Shown here: in pieces, positions 47,602 to 60,882 of the stretch | Layout: every line of letters begins with the position of its first letter | Numbering within the stretch: the first letter of the stretch is position 1 | Source: Asterias rubens | Taxonomy: Eukaryota | DNA length: 64,000 nt | Assembly (NCBI RefSeq): GCF_902459465.1 | Contig: NC_047081.1 | Span: forward strand, 9,982,001 to 10,046,000 | Reading direction: 5' to 3' | Made by a program: the position numbers and the translations under genes | Notes under the pieces: model-generated | What the model was told of the DNA's origin: nothing | Seen by the model: the letters and a program-made list of their open reading frames with translations, nothing else | Database searches by the model: none

Positions 47602-48675
47602 AACAAGTAGTTTCTCAGAACTGGGAAAACCCATCGTACTCTACAACACATGGTTTAATGGTGCAAAACTTCATAATAGCATTATACACATTGTACACAC
47701 TCTGTGCCTACATGCGCACCGTTTAATACCAACCATTGTGCTAGTGGGTGCTACATGATGATTATCTCACATATCAATGGATGGTGTTTGTGTCATAGAG
47801 CTATTATAGCCAACATGGTTTGTACATAGGGCAAGGAACAGCTCTATGGTTCGTGGAAATAGAAAATGAATGATGTGACAAATAAATAAAAGAACTATTA
47901 TGAACGAATAATTAAGAATAAGATTAACAATGTAACACGAAGACTTCAGTCTAGTGTAGTTGTGTTTCATGAAAAACAAAAAACTTCTATAATACTAAAA
48001 ACATCGGTAATGGTGTTTCATTCAATACGTTACAAAATACAAGACCGTGCACTACTGTTTATAGTCATATCATGGAGGTAGAATAGAGCTAAGTTCATGT
48101 ACATGTAAATTACATGTATGTACTGTACACGTACTGTAGTGTTTAGTGTGAACAAGTAGCATAAACCTGTCACCTGTGTCACTTCATGGTTCATGGAGGT
48201 AGAAATAGCCCCCATGCCATAGATGGTCATCGTGTGCATTAAAATTAAGACAACTCAATCAAGTTAAGTCCTACCTCAAGCTGTCGATGTGACGAATGCT
48301 CACGGCGTACACCTGAACTTCTTCGTTGGATATTAAGTGGAATATTGCTGTTTGTAACGTTCAAAAAGCAGTGCACCCCTTCGCCAACTAACTCGACACT
48401 GATATGTGTGAATGTATTCAGTAGTACACGCCCAGCCAGATCTGCTGTGCGTAAAATGCATTAGTAGAAATTTCTCACAACTGGAAAAACCCACTGTGCT
48501 GCATTCTACGGTGGCCTGTTGCAACCATTGCGATAGTGTGCACTGAATGATAATTTCCTCATTTCAATGACATTTCGTATCTGATGTGTGCTGTGGAACT
48601 TGATGTTTTTAAGTCTAATAATTGAATACATGTATTGAATAATTAAATACCTGGCTGGTTGAACATTGAATCTGG

Positions 48676-49119
48676 TTAAAGGCCGTGGACACTATTGGTA
48701 ATTACTCAAAATAATTATTAGCATTAAACCTCACTTGGCCGTGGACACTATTGGTAATTACTCAAAATAATTATTAGCATTAAACCTCACTTGGTAACGA
48801 GTAATGGGGAGAGGTTGGCAGTATAAAACATTGTTAGAAACGGCTCCCTCTGAAGTGGAGTAGTTTTCGAGATAAAAGTATATTTTCCACGAATTTGTTT
48901 TCGAGACCTCAAGTTTAAAACTTGTGGTCTCGAAATCAACCATTTAAACGCACACAACTTCGTGTGACTATGGTGTTTCCTTTTTTCATTATTATCTCGC
49001 AACTTTGATGACCGATTGAGCTCAAATCTTCACAGGTTAGTTATTTTATGCATATGTTGAGATACACCAACTGTGAAGGCTAGTCTTTGACAGTTACCAA
49101 TTGTGTCCACTGCCTTTAA
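48676..49119. mobile_element. Kolobok-type MITE with an internal 56-bp tandem duplication
   Basis: ggccgtggacactattgg...aaacctcactt repeated at 48681 and 48737. Confidence 0.85.
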
Positions 49120-51172
49120 ACATTGAATCTGGCTGGTTAAACTAAGCCATTAGATACTTTCGGTACAGGACAACAAAAAAAGAGTTCACAGATTATAAAT
49201 AACTTAAAGCCATTGGACACTTTCGGTAAACAGTATTGTCCAAGGCCCACACTTCGTGTATCACAACTGATATAAAAAATAGCAAACCTATGAAAATTTA
49301 GGCTCAATCGGTCATCGGAGTCGGGAGAAAATAACGGGGAAAACCCCACCCTTGTTTCCGCACGTTTCACCGTGTCATGACATGTGTTTAAAATAAATCC
49401 GTAATTCTCGCCGGAAAAGATCACTTGAGGGACACTATATTATAGGAAAGACAATGAAGAAGAAGCAAGTATAATCTTTCGCTATACGACTACTGCTCTG
49501 CGATTGCTTAGCGCTTACGTGGCTAGACTCCTGCTCTCACAATTACTGGGAGTGGAGTGGGTAGTAATTGTTTTAACTTTGTGAAAATAGTGAATTTCTT
49601 TTCCCCCAGATATCTGAATTTCTTATGATTACTCTCTCCACTGATTCAGCGTGAAGCTAATAGCGGGAATTTTGAAAAGCTGTTCTTGTCAATAGGAGTT
49701 ACTGCAACAATGGAAATGGGCACCTTCCACCTGTAAGCACTTACCGTGACAAGAATTCTCGACCGATTATAACATTTAAAAAAAGAAAAAACTTCTTTCC
49801 GCGGAGAGTTAATTAATTTTTGATGGTTTATTCTTAAAAACTTAAGTTCAACATGAATAAAGCTTTAGTGAATCAAATTACAGTTGAATCTTATAAAGTT
49901 CTTCAGTTTACTAGAACTACATATTAAAATGATTTAACGGTAGAATAGCAGGAGAATACATTGTCTACCAACCACAGTATTTAGTTACATACATATTGTT
50001 CGAAAGTCCGACAAACCAAAGATTTGAAATATAACTATTATTATCAACTGAGTGATTTGGTTCGAATAGGAAGTGCATAGCGGTAGCGCAAAGCAAATGC
50101 ATTTTACAAGCCTTTAATTGTTTATGTATTATTTTATTTTTTGTCTTCATTAGGTAGCATTATGTTATACACTAAACATTATTAACTGTCATGTCTGAAG
50201 GTGGCGCCCTAGCATTACCTCTGTATCCAATGGCATGTCTGAAGTAAAACTGTACTATTATTCAAAAATGTCATCGATTTTTCGAAGAATGATAACATCA
50301 GTTACTTCAATTGTTAATTATTTACTTATCAAGTGAAGGCTTTTTCCTTTATTTTAAAACGTGGCGTGATTATAATAATAAGGCCCTACGGTCCGAAGCA
50401 TAAAGGCAATCAAAGGGCACTTAAATTTAAAAGCTGTAAATGATTTAAAAGTAAGTTAAAAGTTTGCGGATAGCAACCATATTAAGATAATTTTTACGAT
50501 TTTGATTTCTCTTTTCCCACAGTTCACTCTTGAGAAATTCGATGCTAACTTGACACCATTGGCCATTTTTCGGATCTGGGATCCCTACAACCTTGTTAGT
50601 ATCTCGTGTCAATGCTTCGGTTTGCTGTCAACAATCTAAAGTGATTTATCAGACTTGGTTACGGTTCTTACTGGAGACGTTGTCTTCTCATAGTAAGGTA
50701 TTTACATGTTACATGAGAGCTGCTCATCATCAACCAACATTCGTAGCTGTACATTATTTGCAATCTAGGTGGCTGCATATTAAATGGAAAATCATGGAGT
50801 CTAGTAAAACCACGTTTTCCTAGCTAGATAACTGAACATGAAGCTTGGAGTTTCCTCCTGAGCGGTCACTGGCTGTGATTTACCCTCACAATAATTGTCA
50901 CGATTTTACATCATACCATTCTTTGTTTGGTTAACCTGAACATCGGGGTATTACTTTATAAATGACTCAATGCAAAGCGAGAGTCGAACAATCATAAAGT
51001 TATTGGTACATTTGAATAATATTTTGAATGTACATTTTGTCAAAAATGAGAATATTCACATTCGTGTCGAAAGACTGGGTTAGTCTCTCGTTTATTTATT
51101 ATTGTTCAACTTAGTGAATTTCCTTGTTATTCACGATATTGTACCATTTTCGACCATGATGTTCTGGACACT

Positions 51173-53116
51173 TTAAAAACGATGCAAGACCTTGACCGAG
51201 TGCATATCAGCCACGATGAGGTCACCGGTAGGAGTAAACGTCATGCCAAGAGGAAAGTACAAACCACGAGCTACACAGCCGATGTGCTCACCTGATGCAT
51301 CGTAATGATGAATCTCATGGGTTGTCCGGCCATCGTAATGAACAGACACATAGATGTCTCCAGCATCGTCGCAGCATAGTCCAAGCGGTTTTACAGGTTT
51401 GCCATCAATGGAGGTGCTGATATTGAACACCTCGTTTCCCATGAAATCCAGACAAACTAGTTTCATCTCCGTGCAGTTTGTAAAAACCAGAAGCTCCGTG
51501 CTGCTTACAGATAGAAAGCAGTTGATACTAATATCGTCATGATGTATTGTGGAAATAATGGATCCATCCATATTATGAAGAGATATTACCTTTCTCTTAT
51601 AGTCAGCCACTGCAATTCGATCTTTCTTGTCCACATCAATACCACGAAGTAGACTCTTTGACTGGCTTTGCCCATCGACTCGATTCTGTAAGGGTCTGAA
51701 CTGACGAATGTATCTCAGTTCTCCATCATAAACCTTTACATCCTGTCTGTCAATAACCAGAAGCAGGTCATCAGAGGTCACCGCGACACCAACAGGTTGT
51801 TTTAGTTTACCGTCCTCTGATCCACTTTGACCACCTGTAGATTTGTAAATACCCTTTGATGTAAATGTGGATAATAGGCACCTGGCTGTATCATTAACGA
51901 CAGTGTCACCATTGCTGAAGCAAGCAACGTCTCTTGCCCACTCGAACTCCACCTCACCTTCCCCTTCTTTACCAAACTCTGTCTTCACCTCCCACTTCTC
52001 TTCCTCTAGTATTTCACCAAGATCTGCATCAGTGACGATATCATGACCTTTGAAAGCGATGAATGACTTACTAAGCTGCACTGTTTGAAACTGGAGCTCT
52101 TTGTGGAAGTCTAAGTTGTGCATAACTTTTGGCTTCAGGTCCAGCAGCTCAAAGTTATCAGCATGATGCATCAAGTCATTGACTGAAGCTACGATCTGCT
52201 CTGCACGGCTCATCTTATCGTGATTGCTGCTCTGTGTGCTCTCAAATCCCTCACCTCTTTCTTGACCAATTTGAGTGATTCTTTCTTGAAGGAGGCGTGA
52301 TGCATTTCTTATCTTAGTGATTTCCTCTTCCTCCTTAGCCACAATATCTCGAAGAGCCCGGTCGACCATGAGCTGTAATCTACGATGCGAGTGCTTGATA
52401 GAGTCGTCCACTTTTTGGAATTGTTTGCGACACTCGTCAAACTTCTGCAAGGCTTCATCAACAGCTCGACGATAAGATCGAATGGAATCATTGATCTCAG
52501 AGAGATTGTGGCTTGTCGCTCGGTGATCAAACACCGCACATTTGAGACACACAAGTAAATCACACGTATCGCAATAGAAACACAGGTCCTGGTCACTGTG
52601 TTTTCGGCACTTTTGTGGCTCAGTTTTGTTCTTGTCTTTGGGTCGCTCATTTGACGAGCCGACAGCATCAACGATTTGATGATGCTTGTTATTTTTTAGT
52701 TTTGCATGGTTTTTCAGACATGTTTTGCAAAAAATTGCATCACAGTCAACACACCGTGAGACATCTTCAAGACCTTCGTCGCACCAAACGCAAGTCAAGA
52801 CAGGTGGGTTAATGTTCTTCTTTGGACCTTCAAGATTGATGACGTCATCAATAAGCGAGCTCAAGAAAAAGCAGCCAAGAAGATCCGACAATCCCCCGTC
52901 TGGGATTGACGTTTCTTTTTTACACATTGGGCAAATAATAGTGTCCGTCTTCGGATCCTGTTTGTCTATAAGTTCCTGAAGACATTTGAAGCAAAAGCTG
53001 TGCAGACAGTCCAGGATTTTCGGATTGGTGAACCGACTCAGGCAGATTGGGCATTCGATGTGTACATGGCTTATCTTGCAAGTGGTCTCAGTGGTGGGTA
53101 GTGCGGCTTCGGCCAT
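51173..53116 (-). CDS. TRIM-NHL E3 ligase copy 3, 647 aa
   Basis: Intact ORF with the same architecture as copy 1. Confidence 0.92.
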   Translation of the reverse strand: MAEAALPTTETTCKISHVHIECPICLSRFTNPKILDCLHSFCFKCLQELIDKQDPKTDTIICPMCKKETSIPDGGLSDLLGCFFLSSLIDDVINLEGPKKNINPPVLTCVWCDEGLEDVSRCVDCDAIFCKTCLKNHAKLKNNKHHQIVDAVGSSNERPKDKNKTEPQKCRKHSDQDLCFYCDTCDLLVCLKCAVFDHRATSHNLSEINDSIRSYRRAVDEALQKFDECRKQFQKVDDSIKHSHRRLQLMVDRALRDIVAKEEEEITKIRNASRLLQERITQIGQERGEGFESTQSSNHDKMSRAEQIVASVNDLMHHADNFELLDLKPKVMHNLDFHKELQFQTVQLSKSFIAFKGHDIVTDADLGEILEEEKWEVKTEFGKEGEGEVEFEWARDVACFSNGDTVVNDTARCLLSTFTSKGIYKSTGGQSGSEDGKLKQPVGVAVTSDDLLLVIDRQDVKVYDGELRYIRQFRPLQNRVDGQSQSKSLLRGIDVDKKDRIAVADYKRKVISLHNMDGSIISTIHHDDISINCFLSVSSTELLVFTNCTEMKLVCLDFMGNEVFNISTSIDGKPVKPLGLCCDDAGDIYVSVHYDGRTTHEIHHYDASGEHIGCVARGLYFPLGMTFTPTGDLIVADMHSVKVLHRF

Positions 53117-53427
53117 CTTGATGAGAAAGGGGTTCTGTTACCTGATGAAATAAACCAATGTTCATTTTACAATCGGTAAGTTAGCCTGAACATCTGACGT
53201 CACACTTCGAGGCTTGTGAGTAACACCAGAGACTGGCCTCCAGTCGGCGTGTATCTTCACCTTTGACCTACATTCATTTCACAGAGATACGCAGTCAATG
53301 CAAGTACATATGCACATGCATGTAAGGTATACAATCACATTCTGGCTACGGGCCTTTATTTGTTGATCCTAAAAAACACAAACTTCAAAAACTCCGCTAA
53401 TATTTCGTATAGCTTTCAAACATTTTG

Positions 53428-54890
53428 ATCGAGTCAACCATGATTTTCTTTTGTACAAACTGAATTCCTACAATATTCATCCAAATGTATTAATTTTGTT
53501 ACAAAGTTATCTACCTGGCAGAAAACATAGAGTAGTTGTGGATGGTTTTTCTTCCGAATGGAAAACAGTGCCCTCTGGAATTCCACAGGGTTCAATTCTA
53601 GGACCTCTCTTATTTACATTTTTTGTTAACGTTCTTCCTGAATGTTTAAGTAATAAATGTTTACTTTATGCTGATGATCTGAAGGTTTTTCGTCAGATTG
53701 GTTGCACAGCCGATACTATTTCTTTGCAGGCTGACTTAGATAGAATTCTTGACTGGTCTAAAACATGGCGTCTATTTCTTAACGTTAACAAATGTAGCAT
53801 TTTAACCCTGACTCTTAAGAAGAAGCCTGTCAAATTTGATTATACCTTAGGTGATAATATTCTTACTCGTGTTGATGTCCAAAAAGATCTTGGTACTTTT
53901 ATTGACAGCAGACTCACTTTCAACTCGCACGTTTATACTATTATCAAAAAAGCCAATCGCAAGAGTGGTTTAGTATGGCGTAACTTTCGCTCCTTAAAGA
54001 ATGAGCATGTTTTACGTACCTTGTTTTGTTCTCTCATCAGACCTAATCTTGAATTTTGTACCATTGTATTTAACTCTATTTCAGCCCATCAAGCACATAG
54101 ACTACAGGGAGTTCAGTTTCGTTTTCTCAAATTTATTCATAGGACACTAAATAATGGCACTGTTTATAACCTGGATTATCTTGACCTATGTAAAATGTAC
54201 AGACTTCCACCCCTTAGACAGAGAAGAATATTGAATGACTGTCTATTTCTCTACAGATCTTTCCACAATCATTTTAGCAACACTGAGTTCAACACCTTTG
54301 CCTTACATGTTCCTAACCGTAATACTAGACAGTCTATTAAACACATCTTATATGTGCCAAGGAATCGGGTAGATGTGACAAAGCGTGGCTTTTTGTCAAG
54401 GATTTCCTCCACATATAATAGTATCCATGGTTCTTGTGATGTGTTCGGAGCCCCTTCTCTTAATTCCTTTCGTGGTCAGGTTTTGAGTGCCATATCCTCT
54501 TCCAGTAACTAATGTATACATGTATTTACAGTGTTTTGTTTTATTTTATTTAGTATTGTTTACATCGATTTTTTTTCCTTGTCTTTTTATCGTTTATTCT
54601 GTTTATAATTTAATGTAGGCTTTTGCTTTTAAAATTTATTTTAAATATATTTTCACAGTCATTCATGGTGGTCTGTTTCTGTTCCCTATTTTATTTTACT
54701 TAATCTTCAATGTATGCTTTAATTTTCTTTGTTAAGATGATTCTATTTTAATTGTTAACTTTGTACATATCAGATTGTTTTTATACAGGCTATATGAATA
54801 TTTCTTATTGGTTTTTTTTTGTATCCTTTCCTGTAATTGGCGGCTCGTCCGATGTTGGTTTGGTCAATAAATATATATAAACATTTATAT
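53428..54890 (+). mobile_element. 5'-truncated non-LTR retrotransposon (CR1/L2/Jockey-type RT) in the putative TRIM 5'-UTR intron
   Basis: FDRVNH, GIPQGSILGPLLF and LLYADDLK motifs; AT-rich 3' UTR ending aataaatatatat; replaces about 80 bp present at about 38709-38790. Confidence 0.9.
53451..54512 (+). pseudogene. C-terminal part of a LINE reverse transcriptase ORF (353 aa)
   Basis: YADD catalytic motif; no endonuclease or N-terminal RT subdomains; NDLP mutated to NVLP relative to the 63-kb copy. Confidence 0.85.
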
Positions 54891-55199
54891 AATTCTAATC
54901 GGTCACGTGCACTAAGACAACTAAGTCCTACCTCAAGCTGTAGATGTGACTAATGCTCACTGTGCACACTTAAACCTCTTTGATGAATCGGAAGTGGAAG
55001 ATGGCCGGCGAACAGTAGGCCCTAATGGATTCTGTGCGATAAACAAAGTTTAAAACATTAATTACAAAAAAGTTAACCATCTTCGCCAACCTACAAAATG
55101 TACTTTGGTACTTCCGCAAAAGCAAATGAACCATGGTTACCGGGTCATGGAGGGCTTATAAATCCCATGTAAGTAACACAAAGCTAAACCCTAGCTCTA

Positions 55200-55692
55200 G
55201 AGGGTGTGCGTAAAGCGCTCGCCTCTCACCAAGGTGACCCCGGTTCGATTCCCCGCCAGGGCCATGAGTTGAGTTGTGGTTTGGCTCTTTGCTGTGCCAC
55301 GAGGGTTTTCCAGAGCATCCCGTTTTCCTCCCTCGGGAAAAATCAAACACTTTCGATCTTGGCTGTGCTCCGTGGTCATAATGGGTTGATTGATGTGGCT
55401 GGCAACCAAAGGCGCGTCCTTGCATGCCTGCTTCTCGTACACGTCGTAGCCGCGTCCTTCGCAGTTCAGCTCTATAGCTGCGAGTAAGGATGGTTAGCCC
55501 CCCAAATTATTATTATTACTATTATTATATATCAAATAATAAACCACAAGGGAAACTGACTGGGTACATTTTTAAATGATTTAGGATTGAACAAAGAAAA
55601 ATTTACTAGAGCGGGATTTGAACCAACGACCTCCGGTTTAACGTGCCGGCGCTCCACCAACTGAGCTATCTAGCCCTATGTTGGTGGTCTCC
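55200..55692. mobile_element. Duplicated tail-to-tail SINE pair
   Basis: Paralogue of 39090-39579. Confidence 0.8.
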
Positions 55693-56743
55693 AACAAGTA
55701 GTTTCTCAGAACTGGGAAAACCCATCGTACTCTACGACACATGGTTTAATGGTGCAAAACTTCATAATAGCATTATACACATTGTACACACTCTGTGCCT
55801 ACATGCACCGTTTAATACCAACCATTGTGCTAGTGGGTGCTACATGATGATTATCTCACATATCAATGGACGGTGTTTGTGTCATAGAGCTATTATAGCC
55901 ATCATGGTTTGTGCATAGGGCAAGGAACAGCTCTATGGTTCGTGGAAATAGAAAATGAATGATGTGACAAATAAATTAAAGAACTATTATGAACGAATGA
56001 TTAAGAATAAGATTAAGAATGAAACACGAAGACTTCAGTCTAGTGTAGTTGTGTTTCATGAAAAACAAAAAACTTCTATAATACTAAAAACATCGGTAAT
56101 GGTGTTTCATTCAATACATCACAAAAAACAAGACCGTGCACTACTGTTTATAGTCATATCATGGAGGTAGAATAGAGCTAAGTTCATGTACATGTACTGT
56201 AGTGTTTAGTGTGAACAAGTAGCATAAACCTGTCACCACCTGTGTCACTTCATGGTTCATGGCGGTAGAAATAGCCCCCATGCCATAGATGGTCATCATG
56301 TTCATTAAAATTAAGACAACATAGACTCTAGATCAGGTAAAGTCCTACCTCAAGCTGTCGATGTGACCATATGTGACTAATGCTCACTGCGTACACCTGA
56401 ACTTCTTCGTTGGAATATTGCTGGTTGTAACGTTCAAAAAGCAGTGCACCCCTTCGCCAACTAACTCGACACCGATGTGTAGGTGTGAATGTATTCAGTA
56501 GTACACGCCCAGATCTGCTGTGCGTAAATGCACTAGTAGCAATTTCTCCCTACTGGAAAAACCCACTGTGCTGCATTCTACGGTGGCCTGTTGCAACCAT
56601 TGCGATAGTGTGCACTGAATGATAATTTCCTCATTTCAATGACATTTCGTATCTGATGTGTGCTGTGGAACTTGATGTTTTTTAAGTCTAATATAATTGA
56701 ATATTGAATAATTAAGTACTGGCTGGTTGAACATTGAATCTGG

Positions 56744-57130
56744 TTAAAGGCGGTGGACACTATTGGTAATTACTCAATATAATTATTAGCATTAAACCTC
56801 ACTTGGTAAAGAGTAATGGGGTGAGGTTTGCAGTATAAAACATTGTGAGAAACGGCTCCCTCTGAAGTGGAGTAGTTTTCGAGATAGAAGTAATTTTCCA
56901 CGAATTTGATTTCGAGACCTCAAGTTTAGAACTTGAGGTCTCGAAATCAACCATCTAAACGCACACAACTTCGTATGACTAGGGTGTTTTCTTCTTTCAT
57001 AATTATCTCACAACTTTGATGACCGATTGAGCTCAAATTTTCACAGGTTAGTTATGTTATGCATATGTTGAGATACACCAACTGTGAAGGCTAGTCTTTG
57101 ACAGTTACCAATAGTGTCCACTGCCTTTAA
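56744..57130. mobile_element. Kolobok-type MITE
   Basis: Orthologue of 40642-41028. Confidence 0.88.
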
Positions 57131-59292
57131 ACATTGAATCTGGCTGGTTAAACTAAGCCATTAGATACTTTCGGTACAGGGAAAAAAAGAATTCACAGAT
57201 TTACAAATAACTTAAAGCCATTGGACACTTTCGGTAAACAGTATTGTCCAAGGCCCACACTTCGTGTATCACAACTGATATACAAAATAACAAACCTGTG
57301 AAAATTTAGGCTCAATCGGTCATCGGAGTCAGGTAAAAATAACGGGTAAAACCCCACCCTTGTTTCCGCACGTTTCGCCGTGTCATGACATGTTTTTAAT
57401 TGTTTTGTGCACGCGGTATACATGGAACACCGTACCTTCCGACTTCAGTTTTCGTACCCCACCGTACCTACGTCATAACACCATGAACTGTGTGCATTGA
57501 ACATGACCTTCCACAATCGTGTCTGCCGTATCAACATTGTATGCAAATAACTGACATAGTGTAAACCATTTGACTTTTATGATACTACAAGCACAATCCA
57601 GTTTGCTGCTTTTCACGGTACATCATGTTCTCGGGGAACCTATTCTCAAAATGGCGTTCATGCATGCCATTGAGATATGAATAGTTTTTCGTTGAGTACA
57701 TTTGGGTACTGATTTCTGTTCGGCAAGTTATACCATGGAGGTAGAATTACATGGCTATCTGTGGAAGGAAGGTTTTGAAAACAGACAATACGTTTTGCTA
57801 TATGGTTTCCACATGCTTCAAAAAAGGACCAGTTACCCATAAAAAACAACTGCGAGTAAGAATGTCTAACAAGAATAATTATTACAGGCAATTATGACTC
57901 CCCATATGCTGATATGGCGAGCGTGTAAGACAGTGGCTGCGTGTGACGTCATCAGTGGAAGGGGTCAAAGGGCGGAAGTTCCTTCCGCCGCAAAGAGACG
58001 CCTTTTGAAAATGAACTCGCTAAAAAGAATATTGGTGCAGGATTTCTTTTGAATTTTAATAAAAGACAGTAGAGCGGGTGGGGTCCTGTGGTTTGTTTTT
58101 AGTTTGTGAGAAAAGGCTGCTCCGAGGGGAGTGGGGGGGGGGGGGGTGTTTCGTGACACTGGTGGAAGGTAATACGGACTGATAGTGTTAAACCAATGAT
58201 GTTTTTTGCTGTTTATTTGTTTGTTCGTCCGTTCCCCCTTTTTATAGGGGGAGGGGGTAGTTCTGACCTATTGGGGTTAGAGGTCACGTTTATAGTAAAC
58301 CAATTAATCCTTTTGAGGAAGTTTTGGGATAAAGAGAATAATGTACGTTGGTGATGCGTGTCTTTGGTTTCCCTACAAATGGTTTTATTATTGTTGATGC
58401 TTCATTGAATCGAACCTTCTTGGTATTTTACCACCAACATGGCGACATCCCGTCTTCTATTTATAACCTTTGTCATAATATTAAGACAGCAAAAAAAGTA
58501 ACGCGGCTGTTGTAAAAGCACATATAATTTTAAACTTGTTACTCCTATTCAAAAAATTAAAATACACCGAAACGGACAATTTTATTACGGTGATTTTGAC
58601 ACCTTGTTTGTTACAATCGGTCGAGTATTGTTGTTGCGGTATGTGCCCAGTTCCACAGTGTTGCAGTAACTCTTATTGACATGATTACTCTCTCTCTGAT
58701 TCAGCGTGAAGCTAATAGCAGAAATTTTGAAAAGCTGTTCTTGTCAATAGCAGTTACTGCAACAATGCAAGTAGGCACCTTCCACCTGTAAGCACTTACC
58801 GCGACAACAATACTCGACCGATTATAACAACCGATGTGTCAAAATCACCGTAATTAAATTTTCCGTATCCTGGTATTATCAATTTTAGAATACGAGTTAC
58901 AAGTTTAAAATTATAGGTGCTTTTACAACAGCTGGGTTACTTTTTTTGCTGTCTTTAGTAAAGATATTATATGCAACGAGCTCGTACATATTAATTTCGG
59001 TTTTTACACATACATGGTTCAGTACACTATGTGTAGGGGGGGGGGACATGTTGATTACATTGGCCCTGGTATGAACACCAAGAAAAACCTTTAAGAATTG
59101 AAGAATAAACTTCTTTCCGCGGAGAGTTAATTTGATGGTTTATTCTTAAGAACTTAAGTTCAACTTGAATAACGCTTTAGGGAATCAAATTACAGTTGAA
59201 TCTTATAAATTTCTTCAATTTACTAAAACTACATATTAAAATGATTTAACGGTAGAATAGCAGGAAAATACATTGTCTACCAACTACCAAAC

Positions 59293-59674
59293 ACAGGCAG
59301 TGGACACTATTGGTAATTACTCAAAATAATTATTATCATAAAACCTTTCTTGATTACGAGTAATGGGGAGAGGTATGGTATCAAACATTGTGAGAAACAG
59401 CTCCCTCTAAAGTGACGTAGTTTTCTAGAAACAAATAATATTCCATGAACTTGATTTCGAGACCTCAGATTTAGAGTTTGAGGTCTCGAAATCAAGCATC
59501 TGAAAGCACACAACTTCGTGTGACAAGGGTGTTTTTTTTGTCATTACTATCTTGCAACTTCGACGACCAATTGAGCTCAAATTTGAACAGGTTTGTTATT
59601 TTATGCATATGTTGAGATACACCAAGTGAGAAGACTGGTCTTTGACAATTACCAATAGTGTCCAGTGTTTTTAA
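59293..59674. mobile_element. Kolobok-type MITE
   Basis: Orthologue of 34888-35269. Confidence 0.85.
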
Positions 59675-60882
59675 TTATATTGTTTGAAAGTTAAACCAAA
59701 GATTTGAAAATTATCAATTGAGTGATTTGGTTCGAATAGGAAGTGAATAGCGGTAGCGCAAAGCAAATGCATTTTACAAGCCTTTAATTTTGTATATATT
59801 ATTTTCTTTTTTGTCTTCATTGGGTAGCATTATGTTATACACTAAACATTATTAACTGTCATGTCTGAAGGTGGCGCCCTAGCATTGTTCTGTATCCAAC
59901 GGCATGTCTGAAGTATAACTGTACTATTATTCAAAAATTGCATCGACTTTTCGAAGAATGATAACATCAGTTACTTCAATTGTTAATTATTTACTTATCA
60001 AATGAAGGCTTTTATTTTATTTTAAAACGTGGCGTGATTATAAAAATAAGGCCATACGGTCTGAAGCATAAAGGCAATCAAAGAGCACTTAAATTTAAAA
60101 GCTGTAAATGATTTAAAAGTAAGTTAAAAGTTTGCGGATAGCAACCATATTAAGATAGTTTTTACGATTTTGATTTCTCTTTTCCCACAGTTCACTCTTG
60201 AGAAATTCGATGCTAACTTGACACCATTGGCCATTTTTCGGATCTGGGATCCCTACAACCTTGTTAGTATCTCGTGTCAATGCTTCGGTTTGCTGTCAAC
60301 AATCTAAAGTGATTTATCAGACTTGGTTACGGTTCTTACTGGAGACGTTGTCTTCTCATAGTAAGGTATTTACATGTTACATGAGAGCTGCTCATCATCA
60401 ACCAACATTCGTAGCTCTACACTCTTTGCAATCTAGGTGGCTGCTTATAAAATGAAAAATCGTGGAGTCTAGTAAAACCACGTTTTCCTAGCTAGATAAC
60501 TGTACATGAAGCTTGGAGTTTCCTCCTGAGCGGTCTCTGGCTGTGATTTACCTCACAATAATTGTCACGATTTTGCATCATACCATTCTTTGTTTGGTTA
60601 ACCGGAACATCGGGACATTACTTTATAAATGACTCAATGCAAAGCGAGAGTCGAACAATCATAAAAGCTTTTGGTACGTTTTGAATACTATTTTGAATGT
60701 ACATTTTGTCCAAAATGAGAATGTTTACATTCTTGTCGAAAGACTGGGTTAGTCTCTAATTTGATTTTAGCTATGCATTTGTGCACAAATGCAATCATGT
60801 CTAGATTATTATGGTTCAACTTAGTGAATTTCCTTGTTATTCACGATATTGTACCATTTTCGACCATGACGTCATCGACACT

